Shown here: in pieces, positions 48,665 to 59,741 of the stretch
Layout of the letters: each line of letters begins with the position of its first letter
Numbering within the stretch: the first letter of the stretch is position 1
Source of the DNA: Squalus acanthias
Lineage: Eukaryota
Assembly (NCBI GenBank): GCA_030390025.1
Contig: CM059425.1
Location: 84,878,001 to 84,942,000, forward strand
Direction: 5' to 3'
DNA: 64,000 bases
The notes under the pieces: model-generated
What the model was told of the DNA's origin: nothing
Seen by the model: only the letters and a program-made list of their open reading frames with translations
The model's database searches: none
Position numbers and translations under genes: made by a program

Positions 48665-49893
48665 ACCAAGGTTCACTAGATTGATTCCTGGAATGAGAGG
48701 GTTGTCCTATGAGGAGAGATTGAGTAGATTGGGCCTATACTCTGGAGTTTAGATGAATGAGAGGTGATCTCATTGAAACATATTGGCCCAGAAATTCGCC
48801 TCTCCGGCTTGCCGCGGGGGTAAGGATCGCACGCGCACTTACCTACCGCGTCTGCCGTTGACCTCTGGGCCCACGGGGACTTCGGCTCCTGGGCCTGCCC
48901 CAACTGCCGGCGCGCAGTGCTTGCGTGTCCCAGGGGCGTAGTTAGTGCGATGCGTCCCCTGGGATCACGTGGGCCATGGAGAGCCAATGGCAGCAGACCA
49001 TCTTTCATTCATAGATTTGACAGGAAGACCTGTCAAATCTATGAATTGAAATCGGCCCCAAAAGAACAGCTAAACTTCAAATAATTTTTTTACAAAACCA
49101 TCACATTTTTAAAATAACTATAAGTTAAATAAATTAACTACTTTAAACAAAAATTAAAATTTTTGAAAAAATTAAAATACTTTTTAACAGTGCTAAAAAT
49201 AAACTTACCTTTCTTTAAAGTATCTAAAAAAGATAAACCTGTTGAAAAATTTTTGAAATTATAATTAATTAACCACTTACCTTGTTGAAAACGGGTCCTG
49301 TGCCTCCTTTTTAAAAGCGCAGGTTCTTCAATACTTACCCTCCCGGAGAAACCTGAAAAAAAACCTAAGTTTGCTGCGTGCGCGCAGCCTCTACCGCGCA
49401 CGCGGTTCACCTCTGAACCGCTCCCTTCACGAGACCGGAAGTTCCGGTTTCCCGCGCATGCGCAGTGCATGCAGAAAACCAGCACTTCAGGCGGCCTTAC
49501 GGGTGAGTACACAGTGCGTACTCACCCGGCAAGTGCCGAATTTTTGGCCCATAAGATTCTGAGAGGGCTTGACAGGGTAGATGCTGAGAGACTGTTTCTC
49601 CGGGCTGGAGAGTCTAGAACTAGGGGGCATAGTCTCAGGATAAGGGGTCGGCCATTTAGGACTGAGATGATGAGAAATTTATTCACTGAGGGGGTTGTGA
49701 ATCTTTGGATACTCAGTCGTTGAGTATATTCAAGACTGAGATCGATAGATTTTTGGACTCTAAGGGAATCAAGGGATATGGGGATCGGGCGTGAAAGTAG
49801 AGTTGAGGTCGAAGATTGCCATGTTCTTTTTGAATGGCGGAGCAGGCTCGAGGGGCCATACAGCCTACTCCTGCTCCTATTTCTTATGTTCTT
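48665..49893 (+). mobile_element. CR1 3' fragment interrupted by a MITE
   Basis: RFTRLIPGMRGLSYEERLSRLGLY before the MITE and KILRGLDRVDAERLF after it; TTCTTATGTTCTT tail. Confidence 0.92.
48785..49550. mobile_element. Harbinger-type MITE, 766 bp, with internal hairpins
   Basis: TIRs GGCCCAGAAATTCG / CGAATTTTTGGCCC, 3-bp flanks ATT/ATA. CR1 host rejoins on removal. Confidence 0.88.
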
Positions 49894-50444
49894 AACAGAA
49901 TGAAAGCTGGGAGTGGACTGGGTGGTGAGTTCCTACATTCTGATTTAAAAGAAGACCAATAATAAAGCACCATTAGTGACTTTGTTGTAATAAACCCACT
50001 TGTGAAAAGAACCTGGTTTGAAGGTGTTTTTCTGTGTGTGCAGTAAGAGTATCTGCAGACATTGTCTGTATGAGAGGATTCTGGACAGCTAGTAGCGAGC
50101 TAGGAGGCAGTAACTAAATCAAGCAGCTCTGACAAAAATTGCAATTGTGAATCTCAAAATGGTTCTGAACCTGTGCAGCACCCCGAGATTGAATTGTTCT
50201 GTGAAACCTATTGCCAGACTTTTATTGTCCTTAATATTTTGTGGAATTTTTGTTTAATATTTCCATAAAGTTCATTTTTGTTTGTTTTTCGAGTTGGGCA
50301 TCGAAAATGATTGCAATTTAGGAATTGAAGGCGTTGGCATCACACAACTGATAATATAGTGGCACCAGATTTATTCAGTAGCAGACTATCAAGAAACATA
50401 TAAAATATGCATAATATACTGCATAATTAGATGATTTGTTATTG

Positions 50445-50775
50445 TATAATCAGGAGGAGGTCACTAACAAGTGGGCAGGGGGAATGTCTATGGATGTTGT
50501 CTATATGGATTTCCAGAAGGCATTTGAGAAGGTTGCATCCTCTGTCTCCTACCTTCCAACCAATTACCAGCTCACGTCACAAGATTACCTCCAATTCCAT
50601 GCGCACTCATTTTCACTAATAATCTCTTGTGAGGAACCTGAGCAAATGTCTTCTGGAAGTCCATATAGACACTATCCCCTATCCACCATGCTAGTGACCT
50701 CCTCAAAAAAGTAAACTAGATTAGTCAAATATATCCTATCCTTCACAAATCCATGCTAATTCTCTTTCATCAGCT
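50445..50775. mobile_element. Two small CR1 RT fragments in opposite orientations
   Basis: Plus strand MDVVYMDFQKAFEKV; minus strand TTTGAGGAGGTCACTAGCATGGTGGATAGGGG...TATGGACTTCCAGAAG. Confidence 0.65.
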
Positions 50776-51514
50776 GATACTTCAACAATAGCTAAATCAA
50801 ATAAACATTGTTTAGGTAACACTGAACATTTCTTTTATTGTGAGAGAGATTTTACTATTAGAAAAGTTCAAGTGTTGCCATGAAATGAGTTTCAAAACCG
50901 CTCTTATGTGTTAGAGTGTGGAATATTCCTCTTTCAGAAGTTTTTTTTCGCAAATTAATTTCATTCCGTAAAGAGCAGGTGAGATTTTTTTCCTCTCACT
51001 AGTTAGGTTTAAGCTTAAGGAGAAACAAAGACTTTCAATAATAGAAATATGAAGGTATTAAGATGCAATAAAAACAAAAGCACTGATTAAGCTGGAAATC
51101 TGAAATGAAGCAGCAAATGCTGAAAATACACAGCAGGTCCATCAGCATCTGTAAAGAGAATATAAATGTTCTGGGTGTAAAACTTTCCTCAGAAGTAGAG
51201 ACTGGAAGATAGGCCTGCCTCTTGTGAAAATTAAAAAGAAGAAAAAAAGGGGAGGGCAGGCTAAAGCAGTCTGTCTACTGGGACAACCCTAATTGTGTAC
51301 CCTATGGCTAAGAACTGGATGTGTGGCATTGGGAACTACAAGATTGGAGGCAGTGGGGGACAATCTCTGAAACAATCTGGGAAACGCTTTGGTGTTGGTA
51401 ATGGGGTAATGGTCCAGAGAAGAGGTCTCAGAGTTGATGTTCAGTCAGAGCCACGAAGAGGTCCTTCTGACGTAATGCAACAGCCCCTCCTTTATCAGCA
51501 GATTTGAAGACAAT

Positions 51515-53220
51515 GGATGAGATTTTCTGGGGGGTCAGCGGGCGCGATCGGTGGCGGGTGAGGTGGGAAAGTATTTTTTTACCACAGCGGGTCGGGACCC
51601 CGCGGCAAACCCGCCGCCACGCGCCTTTCCCAGGTCTGTCAGCACTGAGCAGACCCGACACGCAGCGGCGGGGGACCCAATTCAGGTAATTATGACCTTG
51701 TTTAGAGATCATTAAGAATACATTTCAGCTCACCTTTTGATTTTATGTGCTCGCCCACAGGGTCCACGCTGGTCATGGACCATGTCTGTCAAACTGAGAC
51801 GGGAGTTCAGTGGCCGTTGAATCAGCTGTTGAGTTGACAGCTTCAAATGTACAGTAAAAGCTCCCACCTTACAGAGATATCTTCCCTCAGCCACAAGCTC
51901 TTCCTCAATGCATTTCCACAACAGATTCACCATGCAGCAAGTCTTTACACAAGATTCCATCCAGTCTGACCTCATTACCTCTCTCACCATTACAGATCGC
52001 TTCTGTCATCTCTACTTCACCTGCCATCTATTCCATCAGCATGGGTGCCCTTTATACTCTCTCACCTTGGTCCTCAGAATCCCACCACGATCAGCCCCAA
52101 CACCAGTAGCACCAGGCACACCAGCAGCACCAACAACACCACCAACCTTCTCCGCAATCACCTGATGCTGCATAGGACACAGGGCATCAGCACCCGAGCA
52201 CATTGCTGCCCGAGAGGCCAGGGATGGCCTCACCATGGCCAGATTTACTTCATTTGGCGCTGTATATTCTGGCTGCCACATGATGCGCCAGGTTGGCACC
52301 ACCCCACACCAACACCATAAAGCATCCCTACAATGTCCAAGCCATTCCTTCCACACTCATCGCCATTGCGGGGGGTACCGTTATGTCTCCCCATTCATTG
52401 CAACTCACTAAGCCACTTCCAAAGGTGCACACAAATCTGTCCAAGATCGATGTGTTGAAAATAAAGGTTTCAATGTTTGACACCACATGAACAGAAACTT
52501 TACATGAACATTGCATAAAACACCCAAGTGCCTACCTTTGTATGTTGTCAGTTGGTATGATTGCATTAGGATGAGGGTGAGTGTGAGGGGTGGCTAGTGA
52601 GATGGGGATGTGATAATATAGATAGAGAGTAAGGATGTGCAGGAGTACAGCAGGGATGGGGATGTGATGAGAGGCACAGCAGGATAGGTTGAGTGTGGCT
52701 TTGTACTAACGTTTCGTGAACTACTGAGATCATTGAAACATTTGCGGCACTGCACCCAGGTCCTCCTGACCACATCCCTGCTTGTGCCCTCCTAGCAATG
52801 TGCAACCAGGCTGTGTTATTCTCCTGGGGAGGTCTCTTCCACCCATTGGAAGGGAAGAGGACCTCCCTGCGTGCTGTGACTCCTTCCATAAGCATATGGA
52901 GGGAGTCATAGGAGAGCCTGGGTGCAGCCCTGTGCCTTTGTGCAGTGCTTGTCAGTGTTTGCAGCACCTCAATGCTGCAGAACACTGACAGCACAAATGT
53001 CAAATTAAAGTTGGCCATGGTCCCTTTAAGGAATCCGGCTGATGATGCACCATCAAATGACGTCACCAGACCGACTTCCTCTAATTGGACTGGAAATGCG
53101 CTTAACAAGCCCCAACAAGGGAAATTCATTTTACAGAGCGGGATGGAGCCAGCAGCGGGGTCAGGACCCGCCACTGACGTCGCCCGCCACGGACCCGCCG
53201 AGGTTGGTAAAATCCCAGCC
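51515..53220. mobile_element. Non-autonomous PIF/Harbinger element, 1706 bp
   Basis: TIRs GGATGAGATTTT / AAAATCCCAGCC, AAT TSD (51512-51514, 53221-53223). Myb/SANT exon on minus (RAAPRLSYDSLHMLMEGVTARREVLFP...TAWLHIA). Transposase end remnant on plus (AREARDGLTMARF). Confidence 0.88.
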
Positions 53221-54436
53221 AATATCTGGGTTAGAACTGAGATAATGGAGTGCTACAAGTTCAGAGTGTTTTAGATTAGAGTGAAGAAGGAGTATAGAGA
53301 AAGTGAGGCACCTAATAGCACAATTGATGAAAAGATTGAGAGAAAGTATGAGACCAACTAGGGTTCCAGAAGGCTGGAGATAGGCGCAGGGAACAAAAAA
53401 CAAATACTGCAAATGCTGGAAATCTGAAACAAAAATAGGAAAGGCTGGACAACAGGTCAATCAGCATCTGTCAAGAGAACAGACCGCCAACATTTACGTA
53501 CCCTTGCTCAGAACTTTTGAACCTAAAACATTGACTGTTGGTGCTCTCCACAGATGTCGATTGATCAATTGTGTATTTTCAGATCGGGGAAGGGGTCAGA
53601 TTCATGAGTGACTAGGGACTCTCCTGACCAAAAAAAGGAAGCAATGACAGCAAGAGAACCTAGCATCATGTTGAGCTTCTAGTTCATTGCCGGGGAGAGC
53701 GGGTGTAGGGGGATAAAGCTAAGGCCCTTGCTGAGGATGGACCATTCAGGACCATAAAAGGGAAAGTCAAAAGGAATGGGGAAATCCCGACAAGATGTGA
53801 GTTTAGAAGGAGGGATAGAGTCAGACGAAAGTGAAGGGATCAGGGATAGGCTAATATCCAAGAGTTGTGATGAAGCAAAGGATGATGTGGAGCTGAGGAC
53901 CAGAACAGCTAGAATATTAGTCGATGCTGCTGAAGAGAGGTTGAGGGCATACATACAGTGGCTTATAGTAGAAAGGGTGGATTGCATAAAACTCTGCGAG
54001 GCAATCAGAGGAGGGTTGAATAAGACAAAGGTATCGGTGATCATGGGTGGATTTGAAAAAACAACAGGTGAGACTTCAGCCAGAGTCCGTGAGGAATGAC
54101 TTGGAAGTGGAGGTGGGTGCTAAGAAAAGAGATGTCACTGTAAAAGCAGGTCTCGGCAAACACATAGGGCTGGATTTTGTCGGTGTGGGCGGGCTGGGGC
54201 GTGTCAGGTGGAAATCGTGTCAGGACCCCGACTCCTAAGTGAAGTGTTGAAAAAGTGGGATTTTCCCCTAATTGGGCAATTGATTTCCTGCGTGTGGGAA
54301 CCCCTGGCCCAATGAGTCTTTTCATACAGAAAGTCGCCTCCGATGACGTCATCAATGCTGCTGGATTTAAGGCCTGCAAGCAGCCTTGCTTCTTCTGGAG
54401 ACTGCAAAGGCTCTGCAAATTGTATGAAGGAGTTGA

Positions 54437-56400
54437 TTTCCCGACAATGTCAACGACAATGATGAGCCCTCCCTCCAAGCTCTGGTGCACGGAGCCAGAT
54501 GTAATAAGGAGGTGCTGTTCCCTTCCTCAGGGAGAAAAAAGCCACCCCAGCAGACAAAAGCTGTGTGGCTGCAAGTGGCCGAGGAGGTCAACTCCATCTC
54601 AATGAGCCGCAGAACCTGGCTGCAATGCAGGAAGAGGTTTCATGACCTTCTCCGCACAGGAAAAGTGAGTATGACTTTCCCATCACCCTCAATCTGATCC
54701 CCATCGCCTCTCCTCACCAGCACTCTGCTTTGCCAACCTCTTCCTCCACATCCCACTTGACACTTACATCCCTGCACCCTTACTCATGCCCTCTCTCTCA
54801 ATGGTCACATTCACTTAACTATTCGACCATGCAGCCCTCACACTCCCTATCACAGTGATGCAATGACTACAACAACTTACAACACACAGGGAGGGTCCTT
54901 TGTATCCTTCTAAGCATCTATGCTATGGATTCTCTGCACTCACTCCTTCATTCTCACTCAAACTCCACTTGTGTCCCTCATTGCAGGAAAAGAGAGCCCA
55001 CAATAGGAGGGAAAGAGCCATGACAGGAGGAGGGCCACCCTCAGTAGCCCAGCTCAGCCCCTGGGAGGAGGCGGCCCTGGAAATCGCTGGGATCGAGGAC
55101 GATACCCAAGTGGGGGACGGACAGACGGGCGCATCACAGCAAGCTGGTGACAGAATAGTTTGGCATCTCTCTCATTGACATTGTATGAGTCACTGATAAT
55201 GAATCTGATGCTCTAACAGATTGAATTATGATCATCTGCACTATTCAATGTGCATGTAACCTTGACCTCACATCTTTAACTCTTTCCTTTACTCCCCCAC
55301 AGGACCATCGAAAGCCCCTGTCCCCACTGTCCAGGTGGAAGAGCCTGAGCTTCCAGACTCCTCAGAGGAAACTGCAACCTCTGAGGGCGCAGCGTCAGCA
55401 GAATTCATCGCACCCAGCACCAGCGCAGACACTCACACCTCGGTGGGACCTTCACGAGATAGAGTAGTGTTGGCACCTGGTGTATCACAGCTCACAAGTG
55501 AGCATCAGCAGATTGTGGAGACAGGGACAGCAGTGGAGAGTCCTCGTCGGAGGGCGCAGGACTCTGCCAGCTCGGCTCAGCTGCAAGTTGACCCTATGCC
55601 TCCGGGTCCATCCAGAAGGAGAGCAGTGCTGGAACTCCAGGAACAGGTGCAGGAGTCTCTGGCAGGTTTTGTCTCCAGGGTCGCTGCGAGTGTGGAGCGA
55701 ATGGAGGAGTCCATCGCGAACATGAGCAGAGCCTTTGTGGAGGCATTGGCACTTGAACGCATCACCACGGAAAGCATGGCAACCTCAGTGGAAAGGATGG
55801 CTAACTCTTTGGTAAGGCTGGCTACCGTAGAGGAGAGGATGGCTACGGTAAAGGAGAGGATGGCTATGGCCATGGAGGAGCTTAGTCACCAGGGTATAGA
55901 AAACATGGTAATTGTTCGGACTAGAATGACATCTCTTGAGGAGCGATGGTCAGCTATTGAGCATCGAAACCAGACCTTCATGCAAGTCCTCTGGAGTAGG
56001 ACTTCCAGTGCAGAAACGGGTCCTCGTGGCCCCCCTGAAGTGCAGCAAGGCGCTGTCAAGCCACTTGCTAGCTCTGAGGTAGGGCTGACCCATGAGAGGG
56101 ATGTTGGTGGCAGAGAACAAGGAAGTGGGGGCTCCTCTCCAAGCGCTCACACGACCATGCCACTGCAGAGCTCTCGGTCAGAGCCCCACCAAAGTCCTCA
56201 CCCAACTGAGATGGGCGTCACAGCCGCAGGAGCAGCAGACTGTTGGCGAGCCCACACAGGTTCGCCACCCCAGAGGACGGCCGCCAAAGGCGTCGAGACA
56301 GGAGCAGCAAGAAAGTGAGCAAGGGGCCTCCACATCTGCTGAAGCCACAGGGGAAGCACCACATAGGAGCACGCGTAAGAGGAAGATAAAGCACAAGTAG
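54437..56400 (+). pseudogene. Three-exon Harbinger Myb/SANT-like DNA-binding protein gene (start region damaged, probable late frameshift)
   Basis: Exon 1 to 54664 (SLQALV...EVLFP...VWLQVAEEVNS...RTWLQCRKRFHDL); intron 54665-54986 (GTGAGT..TTGCAG, phase 0); exon 2 54987-55146 (EKRAHNRRE..TGGGP); intron 55147-55302 (phase 1); exon 3 from 55303 in frame to TGA at 56318. An alternative frame ends PRGRPPK...RSTRKRKIKHK at 56400. Confidence 0.8.
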
Positions 56401-56659
56401 TCACTAGGGTAGTCACTTGGGTGCTGTGATGTAATGTATTTGGACCAGCCATCATTGTCATTGTATTATAAACAGATTTGATGGCGAACTGTTGAAGTTG
56501 TGGCCTGTGTCATTTCGCAAATGGGACTCTCACATTGAGGGCTTAGGGCGCCTTGCAATTGTCAGTATGGTGGTCAGAGTGAAAGGAATCCGCAGGTTCT
56601 TGGCCATTGTGGATGCTCCGGTAAGAAGGGGCGAGACAAAAGTGTTTGATTGTGCAGGC

Positions 56660-56890
56660 TCACCAAATCTGGCCAAGATGAGTGCGTCCCTTGCATCCAG
56701 GGCACCAATGTTGTCGCGCGCCGGCACCTTCTGGCCTGTGCAGCTTCAGGTGGGTGACTAGCAGCTTGGCGCTCCTGTTGTTGCTGCTGCTGTTGGTGCT
56801 GCTGTTGTTCATGGTTCTGCTGCTGCTCCGGCTGGTCTTCGTCCGAATCTGATGTCCAGGAGGAAAGGAATTAAATGGTCGCCATGCTTC
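56660..56890 (-). pseudogene. Hollowed Harbinger transposase remnant (N-terminal Q-rich segment fused to C-terminal helix)
   Basis: Minus reads SDSDEDQPEQQQNHEQQQHQQQQQQQERQAA...ARRCRR, abutting NIGALDARDALILARF. No DDE core is present. Confidence 0.6.
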
Positions 56891-57834
56891 TGGTATATGC
56901 CTCAGTTGAGGAAGCGCTCAGTCAAGGTGGGGAGAGGGGTTTCCCAGGAGGTCACACTGGAGATGGGTGTCAGGCTCCAAACTTCCACAACAATGAGTAA
57001 GCCTGCTAAAAACTTGCCCAGACCTGAGACAACAAAGTTCTGCCACCTGCAAATGATCATCGGTGAAAACTCCTTTGTAATGGTGGAGCTGCAGCTGTTA
57101 GTAAGCAATGCAATTGTGAGGCCGCCAGGATTACCTGGCATGTTCCAGAAAGGCGTGGAGGATGTGGGAAATGTCTAAAAATCGAAAAGGCATCTCAAAA
57201 TGGGATAATAGAGGCAATTAAGGGGTTGTTAAGGGCCTCAAGGGCCTATCCCGCCTCCTCGTGCTTGGCAAAATCGAGCCCATAGTGAGAAACAAGGGAA
57301 TGGGATAATAATAAAAATGAACAGGATAAAAGAAACAAACAAGAGTCACAACAAAGAGAAGAACCAAACTATTTTGAGGCTGGCATTCCTACTTCTTGTG
57401 CAAGGCTGTTTGAGGTTCTCTGATCTTAGAATAAAAGACTTGTAACAAAATGCATGTGTACATGTCAATGTTTTACTATAATTACAATATGCTGCTGTGT
57501 AAGGCAGATAAAATTCCACATCAAGAACTGACTGGTTTTCAGTCTAAAACATGTTCTTTTAAGTGACAAGCAGATTGTCCGCAGAAAAGTGTGATCCAAT
57601 TTGTTGAGGAAATTAATCTGACAATCACACAGTGCTAATCAAAAGTGAACAGATGAATCCTGAATATGAATGTAGGACGAGACATAGGCCCAGTGAGGAC
57701 ATGTTGCAGGACATCAGGATCCTGCTGAGAAAATTAAAGCTGATAAATTAAATGCTTCCTTTGGTAGAAAATATCAAAACAATAGTTGATGTAAAACTAT
57801 GCTCTGCTCTTTTATTAAAGTGAATAAAATTGCT

Positions 57835-58170
57835 TAGCCCAACTCGGTGGTTTAGAACAATGTCCTTTCACCTCTAGACTTCAATCCAACCCAGACTGAT
57901 GGGATAAAAGTCTCTCTCTGACAGCTGTAAGTGAAGTGAATTTCAGGAGTTGCACTCCAGTACCTGGTGGGCAAAAACTCATAACCCGAAACATTCAGTA
58001 GTAAATTGACAACTTAACTCAGAGAGGAGGGCTTTTGTAGGAATGGAAATTCTACGATGCTGTAGAGCTATGTGATGGTGTCAAGGTATGTTGTTGGAGC
58101 CGAGTGGGGGGAGCTTTACTTTGAATCCAGCCTGTGCTGCCATTGACGTGAGAGTGCCTAATACTGTTGT
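57835..58170 (+). mobile_element. LF-SINE-like ancient SINE, degenerate
   Basis: CCTTTCACCTCTAG...AATCCAACCCAG...AAAGTC...CTGACAGCTGT...GTGAAGTGA...CTCCAGTACCTGGTGGGCA follows the LF-SINE consensus order as remembered. A weaker piece lies at about 59797-59915. Confidence 0.5.
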
Positions 58171-58304
58171 TGCTCACAAGATCACAACATACTTATGGAT
58201 GAAGGCCATTTGGCCCATCCAACCAGAACAACCGTACACTCCCCCCATTGCTGCATTTAATTGTTTCTGAAATGATTCCAGGACTTCTGCCTCCACCACT
58301 CTGC

Positions 58305-58717
58305 CCTGTTCCTGCTGTTCCAGCCCCGGTCCTGTTCCTGCTGTTCCAGCCCCGGTCCTGTTCCTGCTGTTCCAGCCCCGGTCTTGTTCCTGCTGTTCCA
58401 GCCCAGGCTCTGTTCCTGCTGTTCCAGCCCCGGTCCTGTTCCTGCTGTTCCAGCCCCGGTCCTGTTCCTGCTGTTCCAGCCCCGGTCCTGTTCCTGCTGT
58501 TCCAGCCCCGGTCCTGTTCCTGCTGTTCCAGCCCCGGTCCTGTTCCTGCTGTTCCAGCCCAGGCTCTGTTCCTGCTGTTCCAGCCCCGGTCCTGTTCCTG
58601 CTGTTCCAGCCCCGGTCCTGTTCCTGCTGTTCCAGCCCAGGCTCTGTTCCTGCTGTTCCAGCCCCGGTCCTGTTCCTGCTGTTCCAGCCCCGGTCCTGTT
58701 CCTGCTGTTCCAGCCCC
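58305..58717. repeat. 26-bp minisatellite, about 16 copies
   Basis: Unit CTGTTCCTGCTGTTCCAGCCCCGGTC; variant ending AGGCT in units 4, 10 and 13. Confidence 0.97.
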
Positions 58718-58844
58718 AATCTAGTGCATTAGCTGAGATCAGTTAACTTAGCACAGAGCAGGGATCAATCCTGGGACACTCCTGGTCTCAATGACTCAGC
58801 TACACATTGGATAAACTCACTGAGTCATCGGGAGAAAAGATTAA

Positions 58845-59633
58845 GGGGGAAAAAATTTGGTTGGTTAGCGCCCCCCGGAGGCGCTAACAGGGCGCTAGAA
58901 ACTGAGCGCCCGAGCGCGGCGATTTTAGCGCCACTCGAAAAATTGACCAGTCATTTTGCGGCGGCGCTAAACACTACCGCCACGATCTCCTGCGCCCGCA
59001 GATTGTGATGTCAGTCAAGCGAACGCCCCGGTAGCACCCCAGACCGGATATTGAGTTGCGCCCCCTGCCTTAGCGCCTGCCGCTAGGAACGACAGGTAGA
59101 GGCGAACGTGTTCAAGTTGGAAAGGGGCTGGGGGAGCGCTATTTAAAAGCGGGCGCTTCCTGCTTTTTCTTGTCGGCAAAGTTTTTGGTTTTAATGTTGT
59201 CCTAAGGAGTTTTGGCCCTCAGCACCAATTTTGAGGTTCCTAAGCACCGAGCTCTTTCCCTGGGCCTATCCATTAGTGCTTCCAACACAATTGCTTTTGA
59301 GGTCTCTCCAGGCTGAGATTCAAGGCTGCAATGAGCAGGGAGTGGCTGGCCAGCAAGATGGCCCCTCCCCTTTAAGAACTGGATGGCTCCAGTCTGTCTG
59401 GCTTCCATGGTAATTGGCATCGCCTGAGCTTCGGTAACGTTCTGAGGTAGCGCCTCGCTCCCTGACGTTTGCGCCTTAAGAGAGGTGTGTAGCGCCTGAT
59501 TTAGCGCTCAAATCACCTCCAGGGGTGATAGAGGCGAATTTTGCAGTCGGAGGCGATAATTAGCGCCGGGCGCTAAACTTTGCGCCCGGCCGATATTAGC
59601 GCCCCAAAATGGGCGATACCGAATTTTTCCCCC
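58845..59633. mobile_element. Harbinger-type MITE with GGGGG TIRs (family of 34523-35415)
   Basis: TIRs GGGGGAAAAAATT / AATTTTTCCCCC, flanks TAA/TGA, both ends collinear with 34523-35415. Confidence 0.85.
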
Positions 59634-59651
59634 TGAACCTTTTTAATACCG

Positions 59652-59741
59652 AGTGAGAAGTCACACAACACCAGGTTATAGTCCAACAGCTTTATTTGAA
59701 ATCACAAGCTTTCGGAGCGCTGCTCCTTCGTCAGGTGAAGT
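59652..59741 (-). mobile_element. 90-bp Penelope terminal fragment containing a hammerhead core (59702-59738)
   Basis: Homologous to 43225-43315; 13-bp TSD CTTTTTAATACCG (59639-59651, 59742-59754). Confidence 0.88.

Larger units (their letters stand above)
54167..57281. mobile_element. Non-autonomous PIF/Harbinger element, 3115 bp
   Basis: TIRs GGGCTGGATTTTG / CAAAATCGAGCCC, ATA TSD (54164-54166, 57282-57284). Convergent Myb/SANT gene and internally deleted transposase. Confidence 0.9.
51085..57300 (-). mobile_element. Old degenerate Penelope element fragmented by two Harbinger insertions and a palindromic insert (about 53395-53585)
   Basis: Minus-strand peptides: YVFAETCFYSDISFLS...IPHG, EWSILSKGLSFIP, and SELVALHYLSSNPDI joined to VFKSADKGGAV across the 51515-53220 insert. 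Confidence 0.8.

Noticed and set aside
48377-50345. Possible solo LTR (TGTGA...TCACA) interrupted by a CR1
   Set aside because: No matching TSD, primer-binding site or second copy visible.
58174-58746. Repetitive ORFs of 120-181 aa in several frames; array superficially CRISPR-like
   Set aside because: Products of a stop-free 26-bp tandem repeat. There are no unique spacers or cas genes, and the context is eukaryotic.
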